Below are positions 10,389 through 18,932 of a DNA stretch of 64,000 bases, one piece after another (position 1 is the first letter of the stretch; each line of letters begins with the position of its first letter). This DNA is from Candidatus Nomurabacteria bacterium (lineage in GTDB: Bacteria > Patescibacteriota > Minisyncoccia > Phycocordibacterales > UBA9973), in contig JBPOHU010000009.1 of NCBI GenBank assembly GCA_052035195.1, positions 34,107 to 98,106 of the forward strand. The letters are read 5' to 3'. The position numbers and the translations under genes are program-made. The notes under the pieces are model-generated. The model saw only the letters and a list, made by a program, of their open reading frames with translations, was not told where the DNA came from and searched no databases.

Positions 10389-10950
10389 TATTGCATTATT
10401 TAGCAGTATTGTTTTTTACAGTCCTATTTTTGCTCAATCGTCAAAAAATGACTATATTCCAGATATTTGTAAGAATATAGTATCTATAAAAGGTGCACCT
10501 TCATGTAGTGACGGGATAGACAATAGTAATCCACCAAACGGTAAAGCTGATTATTATGGTGTTGATTGTGATAAAAATGGCTCTCTTGATCTTGAGCCAG
10601 ACCCATCTTGTAAAAGTCTTGTTGATACAGAGAAGTCAGATGAATCTGCCGGGCAGTTTCTCTCTTGTTATAACTTTTGTACATTTTCAGATATTTTAAA
10701 GACTATCAATAATGCTATTACTTTCTTGATAACAGATCTTTTTGTTCCGACGCTAGTTATTATCTTCATGCTAGCCGGAGCTAAATACATATTGGCTCAA
10801 GGAAACTCCGCTAAGATAGCTAATATCAAGAAGATTTTGATCAATATAATAATAGGAGTTTTATTGATACTTTGTTCTTGGCTAATAGTGAAAGTACTGT
10901 TGGTTGTTTTGGTCAAAGATGATGCTAGTGCTCTACAGTTTTTAGAATAG
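10351..10950 (+). CDS. VirB2/TrbC-like pilin with a Cys/Asp-rich insert
   Basis: Signal peptide, CSDGIDN...DPSC insert, C-terminal two-TM pilin core (AG.KYILAQGN...IIIG). Start at MKRLA. Confidence 0.75.
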   Translation: MKRLAIYSLLFVSIALFSSIVFYSPIFAQSSKNDYIPDICKNIVSIKGAPSCSDGIDNSNPPNGKADYYGVDCDKNGSLDLEPDPSCKSLVDTEKSDESAGQFLSCYNFCTFSDILKTINNAITFLITDLFVPTLVIIFMLAGAKYILAQGNSAKIANIKKILINIIIGVLLILCSWLIVKVLLVVLVKDDASALQFLE

Positions 10951-10966
10951 TGATATACTTGTTGTT

Positions 10967-11530
10967 ATGAAACTGAAAACAATCTTCCTCTCATTATTAA
11001 TAGCAACATTATTTTATTTACCAGTATTTGCTCAGCAAACAGGAACCGGTAGTAATGGAGAAATTAAACCTCCAGTTTCTCAGTGTGGAGATGGTTTTGA
11101 TAATGACGGCGATAAGCTTATAGATACTAAAGGGGGAGAAATAAATGGCAAAAAGGTAGAAAAAGATCCACAGTGTACTACTGGGGCTAAATGTGAAAAT
11201 GGAGCTACTACAGCAAATTGTTCTTCTGGAGAAAGTTCTGGCGCCACTGACTTTAACCTACAAGTCAAAATAAATAATCCTCTCAAGGTAGACACTATTT
11301 CAGGAGCTATAGCTCTATTTATGAATGCGGTACTACGCATAGCTTTGCCGTTTATAGTCATATTCTTTATTTGGAGTGGTGTTAGTTTTGTTCTAGCTCG
11401 TGGTAACCCTGAAAAGATAAAAACAGCCAAAAATATGTTTTGGTACACTATTATTGGTACCTTACTTATTTTGGGAGCTTGGGCTATTACAAATGCTATT
11501 ATTGGGACAGTTAACAGTATTACGAGTTAA
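10967..11530 (+). CDS. VirB2/TrbC-like pilin with a Cys/Asp-rich insert
   Basis: CGDGFDNDGDKLID...DPQC, NPL motif, SG..FV.ARGNPEKIKTAK....TIIG. Confidence 0.85.
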   Translation: MKLKTIFLSLLIATLFYLPVFAQQTGTGSNGEIKPPVSQCGDGFDNDGDKLIDTKGGEINGKKVEKDPQCTTGAKCENGATTANCSSGESSGATDFNLQVKINNPLKVDTISGAIALFMNAVLRIALPFIVIFFIWSGVSFVLARGNPEKIKTAKNMFWYTIIGTLLILGAWAITNAIIGTVNSITS

Positions 11531-11532
11531 AC

Positions 11533-12186
11533 ATGAAGAGAATATTTTTTAGTTTTTTAGTTTTAGCTTTTATAGGTTTTATTAGTCCGACAAATGCTCA
11601 ACAACAATGTTCCCAGATAACCAGTTCAAATGTTGGTGTTTGTTGCTCGGGTAGAGATGCTGCTATTAATCAAGATCTATGTATTGATTATGATCTAAGC
11701 CAACAACAAAACTCTGGGACAGGGTCTGCTGGAGGAGGTGTGGGTAATACTGGAGTACTTATAGGTGGTAGTGGTACACCAAATACAAATCCAACAAATT
11801 CTGGAACCAATAACTCTACTATTACTCCTACGCCTCAAGCCAGTTCACCAGCACTTTCTTCTTGTTCTGCTATAAAGTTCAACTCTATTTTAGATATACT
11901 TATCTGGCTCAAATGTATTATTGGTGCAGCTATTATTCCTCTTATATTCACACTGGCTTTCTTGTACTTCTTGTGGGGAATGGTGATGTTTATCAAGGGT
12001 GCAGATGATGTTAAAAAGAGAGAAGAGAGTAAAAAGTTTATATATTGGGGTATTATCGGACTCACTGTGATGATAGCCGTTTGGGGTATTGTACAAATAG
12101 TTACTAGCACATTTGGTTTTGGAAACACTGTTCCTAGACTTCAGACAGATTGTCTGACAACAGACAAAAATAACCCTTGTAAATAA
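11533..12186 (+). CDS. VirB2/TrbC-like pilin with a Cys-, Gly/Ser/Thr-rich N-terminus
   Basis: FLWG...FI...KREE.K.FI.WGIIGL.VM..VWGIV core. Confidence 0.85.
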   Translation: MKRIFFSFLVLAFIGFISPTNAQQQCSQITSSNVGVCCSGRDAAINQDLCIDYDLSQQQNSGTGSAGGGVGNTGVLIGGSGTPNTNPTNSGTNNSTITPTPQASSPALSSCSAIKFNSILDILIWLKCIIGAAIIPLIFTLAFLYFLWGMVMFIKGADDVKKREESKKFIYWGIIGLTVMIAVWGIVQIVTSTFGFGNTVPRLQTDCLTTDKNNPCK

Positions 12187-12251
12187 ATACCTTATGGTAT
12201 ACTAAAAGGGTATTCGTATTAATAAAATAAGTAATAATTTCATTTGATTCT

Positions 12252-12662
12252 ATGAAAAAAATCGTTATGTCATTTATCGCTCTTATGGCTTTGCCAGCAA
12301 GCGCATTAGCACAGGTAACATTACAAGGGGTTCCAAATACAGCATATATTGATACTTGGATAGCAAAGCTTTTGGTCTTTGGTCAACAAGCAACAACATT
12401 CTTGATGATTGCTGCGACTTTGTACTTCATTTGGAGTGTTATTGGTTATATCCGTGAAAAGGATGCCAAAGCTGCAGCAGAAAAGAAAGGAGCAATGCTT
12501 CGAGGTATTATTGGACTTTTCGTTATTGTAGCTATTTGGGGAATAGTGAGACTTATTTCAACTACTCTAGGTATCGGTACAGGCTCTATCAATTCAAGTA
12601 ACGTTCCTTGTCCTCCAGGAATGGAATACTCTACAGTAGTAAACCCTCCTCGTTGTATCTAA
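12252..12662 (+). CDS. VirB2/TrbC-like pilin
   Basis: Signal peptide ending ALA-Q, FIWSVIGYI...GIIGLFVIVAIWGIV core. Confidence 0.85.
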   Translation: MKKIVMSFIALMALPASALAQVTLQGVPNTAYIDTWIAKLLVFGQQATTFLMIAATLYFIWSVIGYIREKDAKAAAEKKGAMLRGIIGLFVIVAIWGIVRLISTTLGIGTGSINSSNVPCPPGMEYSTVVNPPRCI

Positions 12663-12674
12663 ATATAAATCTTT

Positions 12675-13013
12675 ATGTTTGAGTACGTAGCCTATGCAAA
12701 AAGTTTTGATCAAATAGTCTTTGATATAAATAGGACGATACTTAATCCGCTCATACAGTTTGCTTTTATAGTTGCTTTTGTAATCTTCATCTGGGGTGTG
12801 GCTGAGTTTATACGCAAAGCCAATAGTCCAGAAGGTAGAAAAAAGGGACAAGATCACATGATATGGGGTATTGTCGGACTAGTGATTATGGTAGGAGTTT
12901 ATGGCATCATCAACATCCTTATCAATACATTTGGTCTCGGTAGTGCTTCTATCAATAACGATCAGCAAACCTTCACTCCTCCTGTGATAAAAGAAATAAA
13001 GATTCCAAATTAG
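12675..13013 (+). CDS. VirB2/TrbC-like pilin
   Basis: ILNPLI...FIWGV.EFI...R.KG..HMIWGIVGL.IM..VYGI core. Confidence 0.85.
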   Translation: MFEYVAYAKSFDQIVFDINRTILNPLIQFAFIVAFVIFIWGVAEFIRKANSPEGRKKGQDHMIWGIVGLVIMVGVYGIINILINTFGLGSASINNDQQTFTPPVIKEIKIPN

Positions 13014-13022
13014 ATTCAAAAT

Positions 13023-13050
13023 AAAAAAGCCCCGAACATTCGGGGCTTTT
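13023..13050. terminator. bidirectional intrinsic terminator
   Basis: AAAAAAGCCCCGAA-ca-TTCGGGGCTTTT between convergent genes. Confidence 0.85.
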
Positions 13051-13064
13051 GGTTTAAAGAACAG

Positions 13065-13769
13065 TTATTTCCTTGAAACTACAACGTTAACAGAGCTTAT
13101 CTCTGACTTAACGTAGATCTTACCAATAAGGGCTTCAGCGATAGGTAAACGAGGTGAGAATAAATATTCTTTTCCCCCTTGTTCGTTTTTCCATAAAATC
13201 AGCCTCCACTTTCTTGTGCGATCTTCTGCTTTTTGGAAATACAGGATTACCTTTTCATCCGTCTCCGGATCAAAGGAAATACCAGGCTGGTCCCAATCTA
13301 CATCAAACTGGAAGAACTGACCCTTTTCCATGAAATTCTCTCCGTCCATTTTGAGGTACGGGGAGCCGATCAAGGGATCCTTTCTATCACTGTTGCCAAT
13401 GACAACGTTTGGTCTCCAGGCTATTTTTTTTGCCTTGTAGTCCTGCCATTCGTAGTAGGCGTAATAACCGATTAAGATTACGGCTATACCACCTAAAACT
13501 TTCCAAATTAACCCTCCTGTAATCTTCTCTGGTTTTTTGATACCAGGTATCTTTTTCCAGAAAATAATTAGAAGAGTTAATACGGCAATAGCTATCCAGA
13601 TCCAAGGATTAACTTCAGGAAAATTGTTTTTTGCAATTAGTCCAGAAATTAGGCTGAATGCTTTTAAAATAAGTAGTCTTACAAAGAAAACTATCGGGAT
13701 GATAACAGCTAATATTATTAACCAGTTTCTCCCGTTTTTGTTCGGTTTACTTCGGTTAGTTGTTTTCAT
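13065..13769 (-). CDS. hypothetical membrane protein (3 TM plus soluble C-terminal domain)
   Basis: Three hydrophobic segments; overlaps the upstream gene's stop codon. Confidence 0.75.
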   Translation of the reverse strand: MKTTNRSKPNKNGRNWLIILAVIIPIVFFVRLLILKAFSLISGLIAKNNFPEVNPWIWIAIAVLTLLIIFWKKIPGIKKPEKITGGLIWKVLGGIAVILIGYYAYYEWQDYKAKKIAWRPNVVIGNSDRKDPLIGSPYLKMDGENFMEKGQFFQFDVDWDQPGISFDPETDEKVILYFQKAEDRTRKWRLILWKNEQGGKEYLFSPRLPIAEALIGKIYVKSEISSVNVVVSRK

Positions 13770-14874
13770 CTTTTAATTTTTTTTGATCTTGAATACTGTT
13801 TGCAATAAGCATTTCAACCAGATTACTTCCGCCGAGTGCACCTTTGTCAGTAATTAGTGTTCCGTCTAAATCCTTAAGGCTTTCTGCAATAGCAGCAGAG
13901 TTAGCATTCATAAGCTTTTGTAGAGGAGTGATAGCTTTAATTTTTTGCTTTAAAACATCAACCTCTGCCTTTCCAACCTCTGCCGTTCTTTTCTTGAGAA
14001 CGTCTGTCTGGGCGTTTCCTGTCTCAGTTGTTCTTTTTTTCTGAACTTCTGTTTCGGCGTTGCCTTTGATTTTTGTTGCGTCAGCTTCTCCTTCTGCTTT
14101 TGTTACCACAACCTTTTTGCCAAGCTTTGCAAGTTCTACTTCTTGAACTGCCTTCAAGCGCGCCGCTGCTTCAGGGGTTATTATCCAGTCTTCATGAATG
14201 ATGGTAAGAAATTTGAATCCGTATATGGTTTCAAATTCTTCCCGGTTTAGCTCATCCCTTATTTCATTAAGGTCATCTTGTAAGCCAACAGGAGAGCCGT
14301 CTTCTGAGGCAACTCCACGTATATCATCAAACTTTTTCCTTGGAAGCTTAGATCTTAGCTTTGCAATAACTGATTTCTCTGCATATTGCAGAAAGTTACC
14401 ACCGGGAAATTTTGCTAATAGTAACTTCATATCGAGTATTTGTATGGTAAAAAGGAAGATTAACTTCACATCTGTACCATCTATACTGGCGATATTGATT
14501 TCTATCGGGTGTACTTCACGGTCCAAGAGATAGTGCTGGTCGTCTACGGACCTTTGAACGATGCACATTTTTTGAGGAGCTACATCATCGTCAAGTGTTT
14601 CATTTGCACCTTTCATATTTACTTGATAAGTAACGAGAGGGCGTAGACCTCTTTTTTTTGCGTCTTGCTCCGGCATTAGTGATTTCCATGTAAAAGGGAA
14701 TCGAAAAATTTGCTCAAAGACAGGAATAAGTGGTGATATTGGTAATATCGGTGCACTCTCTTCCTCATCATAGAATATTTCTCTTGTCACAGTGTTACCA
14801 CGTGACACGAGATAGTGTTTTCCGCGGACTGGGCTAAAGTTTAGTGTGCCCTTGTCGCTGTACTTTATTGCCAT
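13756..14874 (-). CDS. SPFH/band-7-like protein with a coiled-coil tail
   Basis: SIDG.DV.L, YGFKF..I, AEGEADA.KIKG.AE repeats as in flotillin/HflK-type tails. Confidence 0.6.
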   Translation of the reverse strand: MAIKYSDKGTLNFSPVRGKHYLVSRGNTVTREIFYDEEESAPILPISPLIPVFEQIFRFPFTWKSLMPEQDAKKRGLRPLVTYQVNMKGANETLDDDVAPQKMCIVQRSVDDQHYLLDREVHPIEINIASIDGTDVKLIFLFTIQILDMKLLLAKFPGGNFLQYAEKSVIAKLRSKLPRKKFDDIRGVASEDGSPVGLQDDLNEIRDELNREEFETIYGFKFLTIIHEDWIITPEAAARLKAVQEVELAKLGKKVVVTKAEGEADATKIKGNAETEVQKKRTTETGNAQTDVLKKRTAEVGKAEVDVLKQKIKAITPLQKLMNANSAAIAESLKDLDGTLITDKGALGGSNLVEMLIANSIQDQKKLKDENN

Positions 14875-14920
14875 GTTTGTAGTTTTTATTTTTAAAAGAA
14901 AAATTGTTTTATTCTATAGT

Positions 14921-14950
14921 ATTATAACACACAAATTGCTATTTTGTCAA
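14921..14950 (-). promoter_or_regulatory. sigma70 promoter TTGACA-18-TATAAT
   Basis: Consensus hexamers upstream of the 14874 start. Confidence 0.75.
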
Positions 14951-15008
14951 CTATATCTATATCTCCAAAAAAGGTATGATTTACCTATATAAATAATGCA
15001 TAAATAAC

Positions 15009-16082
15009 ATGTTAGAAGCATATCAAAAGGAAGTAGAGAAGAATGACCCTACAATAAAACCTAATCCTGAAGAGCCAACCTTAAAAGAGATTTTAAGCAA
15101 GAAGGAGGACAGTGATCTCTTTGGGGAATTACTTAAATCAGAGCAAGAAGTTGGCCTTACTGGCAGATTAGCTAAGGGAGAGCTTAAAGATGAGGATATA
15201 CAAAGTCTTGATAAATATAGAAAAGAATTTCTAGGCACAATGGAAAGAGTGAAAACAGTAAAAGAATCTATAAATGAGGATATTATAAATCTATATACAA
15301 AAAATAATCCTGAGTTGCAGAAAGTAGTTTCTCTTATTGGTCCATCAGCATATAAAGACATAGTTAAAGAAAAGATTGCAAAGTTAGCAATAACAGATCC
15401 TGGCGCTTTTAACTCACTATCTGAAGCAGTGGAGAGAAAAAATGAATTTAAAGATGGATACTTCAAAGAACTTGATGAAAAAGTTTCTAATCTTTGTAAG
15501 GAAAAAGGAATAAGTCCTGAAAAATATTCTAAAGCTTTAGCTATTGCAGATGATGGAGAGCGTAAAAAAGCTTTGAGGGGTACTATTAGAGAAGGTTATA
15601 ACTGGATGCAAAAAGCGGGAGACTGGATATCTATGGGGTCTTGGTCTAAAAATAGAATCAAGTTAATGGAGTCTCAAAAGCCAGAGATTGATTCAGCCTT
15701 AGAACAAATGCGATCTTATCAGTCAGGTGTCGGGGAATTTCTTGCTGGTATGACAGAGCACGATGAGATAAGATCTGTTTTGAGTAAGGAGTTAATTGGA
15801 GATAAAGAAGAAAAAGTTCCACTGCAAGGATTTAAAGAGTCAAAAGGAGGAATGCCTACAAAAGAAAGTCTACAAAAAAGCTGGGATGAATATAAGCAAA
15901 ATATGCAAAAGCCATGGGATGAATTAACACCTCTAAGACAAGAAAAAGAGAGGGAGGCTTTTGTTGAAGCTCAAAAAGAAGCATTAATTGAACAAAATAA
16001 GAAAAAGTCTGGTTTTTGGAGTAGTATTTTTGAGATATTTTCAGTATCATTTTTTAATAGCAATAAGGCTGAGTTAAACTAA
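15009..16082 (+). CDS. hypothetical charged helical protein
   Basis: 357-aa E/K-rich ORF with an amphipathic GFWSSIF C-terminus. Confidence 0.8.
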   Translation: MLEAYQKEVEKNDPTIKPNPEEPTLKEILSKKEDSDLFGELLKSEQEVGLTGRLAKGELKDEDIQSLDKYRKEFLGTMERVKTVKESINEDIINLYTKNNPELQKVVSLIGPSAYKDIVKEKIAKLAITDPGAFNSLSEAVERKNEFKDGYFKELDEKVSNLCKEKGISPEKYSKALAIADDGERKKALRGTIREGYNWMQKAGDWISMGSWSKNRIKLMESQKPEIDSALEQMRSYQSGVGEFLAGMTEHDEIRSVLSKELIGDKEEKVPLQGFKESKGGMPTKESLQKSWDEYKQNMQKPWDELTPLRQEKEREAFVEAQKEALIEQNKKKSGFWSSIFEIFSVSFFNSNKAELN

Positions 16083-16083
16083 T

Positions 16084-16356
16084 ATGAATCAAGAAGAATT
16101 GTACAATTCATTTATTGCACTAGTAGAAGAGGGTGATGAGGAGAAAGCCAGAGCTTTTCTGATTGATCACTTAAATGAATTTCCCGAAGAGACTAAAAAA
16201 GAAATAGCCTTTGCTTTCTTTGTTGATGCTATCAAAAAAGATACAGCTGTCTCTGAAGTTCAAAAGAGGGGATTAGAAATAATGAAAGACCTAGACGAAA
16301 TTAAAGTTATTCTAGAAGATGTTTCCAAGGCTGCATCTATAAAAGAACAGATTTAA
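16084..16356 (+). CDS. hypothetical acidic protein
   Basis: 90-aa ORF starting 1 nt after the upstream stop. Confidence 0.75.
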   Translation: MNQEELYNSFIALVEEGDEEKARAFLIDHLNEFPEETKKEIAFAFFVDAIKKDTAVSEVQKRGLEIMKDLDEIKVILEDVSKAASIKEQI

Positions 16357-16426
16357 TAAAGTTTAAAAATTTCAAACAAAAAAACCGCTTCAGGAATGAA
16401 GCGGTTTGTGAAAAATCTTTTACCTT

Positions 16427-16963
16427 TTAGGGAATTACCAATTTGTAATTCCTTGGTGATGTTTTTGCAACTCTTGCCATTATTGGTAGGGTTTTTACCC
16501 ATGTTCTGGGGTATTCGAAGGAACTTACCCAGGCGTAGGTATTCACAGGGTCCATCGGTATAGAAATTCCGTTGTGGAAACTAAAGGTTCCGTCTGCGAA
16601 AATTTCTACAAACCAACATTTACCATAGTTAGCAGAGAATCCTCCAGCAGAGTTGTAAACCATGCCTGAGGGTCGGTACTCGTTACCTTCAACAATCCAG
16701 TCCCATCCAGTAGGGAATACCGGTGCATCGACAACGATTGCGTCGCCACTCGGGTTTCCAGGTGTAATGCACTGAACTGATATTTGTCGGCTGCCTACCA
16801 GTACTGTTGCTATGCCACTTACCGGCACACCAACAATTACAGGGTTAAGCCAGGAGGGAGTATAGTCAAATTGCTTACTCTCTCCACGATAGATTTCTTT
16901 GTTTTTTACACAACTTGTGAAAACAAAGAGGGTGGTTGTCAGTAAAAAGATTATCTTTTTCAT
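16427..16963 (-). CDS. putative lipoprotein
   Basis: MKKIIFLLTTTLFVFTSC lipobox-like signal; own promoter TTGACA-17-TATTAT (17012-17040). Confidence 0.7.
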   Translation of the reverse strand: MKKIIFLLTTTLFVFTSCVKNKEIYRGESKQFDYTPSWLNPVIVGVPVSGIATVLVGSRQISVQCITPGNPSGDAIVVDAPVFPTGWDWIVEGNEYRPSGMVYNSAGGFSANYGKCWFVEIFADGTFSFHNGISIPMDPVNTYAWVSSFEYPRTWVKTLPIMARVAKTSPRNYKLVIP

Positions 16964-17091
16964 TGTTTTTTATTTAAAATGAGCAAATGTGTGTTTTTGA
17001 TCTTCTATTAAATAATAGCATATTTAATGCTATTTGTCAAGTAAAAAAGCCCTCACTTATTGCTAAGTAGGGCTTGGTGTTATTGGGTTTT

Positions 17092-17622
17092 TTAAAGCCC
17101 AATAACGTAAGACTGTTCGTTTTCTGACCGGATTACCTTCAGTACACTTACTTTCCGGGAGTAGTTTTTGATCGGCTGTGGTTGAGCCACATACCATTTT
17201 ACTTCGGAATAAGGGTCCGGTGTATTAGCCCATTGACCCTCAACTTCCAGGACTTTGTAGTGCATAACATTGTCAGATCCCAGGCTACCTTCAATGTAAT
17301 AGGCTGTCGCCTTAAAAGCACTGAAACCGTTGTTGTAAAAGAATCCGATAGCCACATTTTTTCCTTGGCCGGGATCATATTCTACAGCTGCCGGTAAGAT
17401 AGGAATACTGAGAAGGATTCCATCTCCGGTCATTCTTCCGCGGCTGTTGCCGCTGGCATTGATTACAGCTTTAAGATTTTTTACTGTACCGCAGGGCAAC
17501 GTGACTTCCGCCACGCCATTCTCACTTACAGTATTAATAGATATGCCGTATCCATCTTCATATGTTTGCCCGAAAGCAAAAGATGAGGTAATCAGAAAAG
17601 CGAAAAAAAGTATTTTTTTCAT
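17092..17622 (-). CDS. putative secreted protein
   Basis: MKKILFFAFLITSSFAFG-Q signal peptide; own promoter TTGACA-17-TATAAT (17661-17689). Confidence 0.7.
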   Translation of the reverse strand: MKKILFFAFLITSSFAFGQTYEDGYGISINTVSENGVAEVTLPCGTVKNLKAVINASGNSRGRMTGDGILLSIPILPAAVEYDPGQGKNVAIGFFYNNGFSAFKATAYYIEGSLGSDNVMHYKVLEVEGQWANTPDPYSEVKWYVAQPQPIKNYSRKVSVLKVIRSENEQSYVIGL

Positions 17623-17768
17623 AAAATTTATTTAATTGTTACAAGATCAATTTCTAGTATATTATAGCAGATTATTAGTTTAATGTCAAGGTACTATAAG
17701 ACTATCTAGAAAATGAGCTTGAAAAGGGAAGCGGACTATTGTAGAATAAGGGGCATTCTGTACAGCGT

Positions 17769-17850
17769 GCCCGGGTGGCGAAATTGGTAGACGCACCAGT
17801 CTTAGGAACTGGTATCGTAAGATGTGAAGGTTCAAGTCCTTTCTCGGGCA
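17769..17850 (+). tRNA. tRNA-Leu(TAG)
   Basis: Acceptor GCCCGGG/CTCGGGC, anticodon arm CCAGT-ctTAGga-ACTGG, long variable arm, GTTCAAG T-loop. Confidence 0.95.
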
Positions 17851-17881
17851 CAGTGTACAGAATGAGTTTTGTTTAAATTAC

Positions 17882-17930
17882 GCGCTTATAGCTTAGTTGT
17901 AGCGGTTCCACGTGCAATGAGTTCGAAGTT
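17882..17930 (+). pseudogene. degenerate partial copy of tRNA-Lys
   Basis: GCGCTTATAGCTtAGtTGTAG matches the 5' ~22 nt of the adjacent tRNA-Lys; GTTCGAA remnant at 17921-17927; no anticodon arm. Confidence 0.55.
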
Positions 17931-17953
17931 GTGAATTGTAAATTAAATATTAT

Positions 17954-18026
17954 GCGCTTATAGCTCAGCTGGTAGAGCAGCTCCCTTTTAAGGAGACGGT
18001 CGCAGGTTCGAATCCTGCTAAGCGCA
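17954..18026 (+). tRNA. tRNA-Lys(TTT)
   Basis: Acceptor GCGCTTA/TAAGCGC, D arm GCTC/GAGC, anticodon loop ctTTTaa, GTTCGAATCC. Confidence 0.95.
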
Positions 18027-18063
18027 CAAATAAAAATAACCCTATGTGGGTTATTTTTATTTA

Positions 18064-18204
18064 TGCGCTTAAGTAAGCAAACTGCTTTGCTTACGTGCAG
18101 GATTCGAACAGCGGAGTCTTAATCCGCCAGCAGGCGGATAGACGAGCTGGTGCCTAGCCCGAGCTGTACGACTGGTACAGTGAGAGGCGAAGGAGAATCC
18201 TGCT
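18064..18204 (+). repeat. tRNA-trailing fold-back element (module A) behind tRNA-Lys
   Basis: TGCGCTTA-[AGTAAGCAAACTGCTTTGCTTACGT]-GCAGGATTCGAAC is the reverse complement of the tRNA 3' half with a hairpin insert; ends CGAAGGAGAATCCTGCT. Confidence 0.85.
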
Positions 18205-18239
18205 TTTACTAATTTGTGGTCACACTATCTTTATTTATT

Positions 18240-18340
18240 GGTCACGAGTTACTAAGTCTACTCATCCTTCGGCAAGCTCAGGATTCCGTGGACTAAGTAC
18301 TCTCGACCCCGCCTCGCCTGTCTTACAGACATAGCTGTGG
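18240..18340 (-). repeat. tRNA-trailing module B behind tRNA-Leu(TAA), with a nested CCTGAGCTTGCCGAAGG palindrome
   Basis: CACAGC...GGGGTCGAGAGTACTTA...TTAGTAACTCGTGACC shared with 25177-25250. Confidence 0.85.
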
Positions 18341-18390
18341 CCCACAAAGCTAGAAAAAGTGACGCAGGTTACTTTTTCTTTAACGCTTTG

Positions 18391-18473
18391 TGCCCGAGGC
18401 GAGACTCGAACTCGCACGACATTACTGTCTGAGGATTTTAAGTCCTCTATGTCTACCATTCCATCACTCGGGC
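18391..18473 (-). tRNA. tRNA-Leu(TAA)
   Basis: Reverse complement GCCCGAG...GAGGA-ctTAAaa-TCCTC...GTTCGAGTC...CTCGGGCA. Confidence 0.95.
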
Positions 18474-18500
18474 AATATTTATATTTTATTGTACTTACAG

Positions 18501-18572
18501 AGGCCTGGGTGGGAATCGAACCCGCGTATAAAGATTTTGCAGATCTCTGCCTTACCACTTGGCTACCAGGCC
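18501..18572 (-). tRNA. tRNA-Cys(GCA)
   Basis: Reverse complement GGCCTGG...GAGAT-ctGCAaa-ATCTT...GTTCGATTCC...CCAGGCCT. Confidence 0.95.
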
Positions 18573-18593
18573 TTTTTTCCGCCAGCTGGCGGA

Positions 18594-18920
18594 TTATCCT
18601 TCTTTAAGGAGTGCGTCTATAGTGTGGCGGGCTTTCTCTCCTTTGTCAATTTCTACATCAATAAAAGGAATGTTTTGCATATTTATCCCTTTTTTGATTG
18701 CAGTGCGAAGTTCGTTTCTTTTTCTTTTTAAGAAATTAATAGCTGACTCTTCACCGCTCTCAGGAAGTACTGAGATATATATAATAGCACTTCGTCCTCG
18801 ATCTAGGACCTCGACACGAGTCACAGTTATTAGTGCTGTTTTATTGCTTTCTCTTTCAATAAAAAGAGCCGCAACTTGTGCTATTTGTCCTTCTATTTTT
18901 TCTTGTTTTCCTGTATCCAT
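18594..18920 (-). CDS. rbfA: ribosome-binding factor A
   Basis: ITVTRVEV..D...A.IYISV, ...IP.I...D; directly downstream of infB. Confidence 0.85.
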   Translation of the reverse strand: MDTGKQEKIEGQIAQVAALFIERESNKTALITVTRVEVLDRGRSAIIYISVLPESGEESAINFLKRKRNELRTAIKKGINMQNIPFIDVEIDKGEKARHTIDALLKEG

Positions 18921-18932
18921 AAATTATTTGGT

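Noticed and set aside
17750-18600. Possible prophage or integrative element at the tRNA cluster
   Set aside because: No integrase or phage genes and no distant direct repeat of a tRNA 3' end in the window; only local short copies
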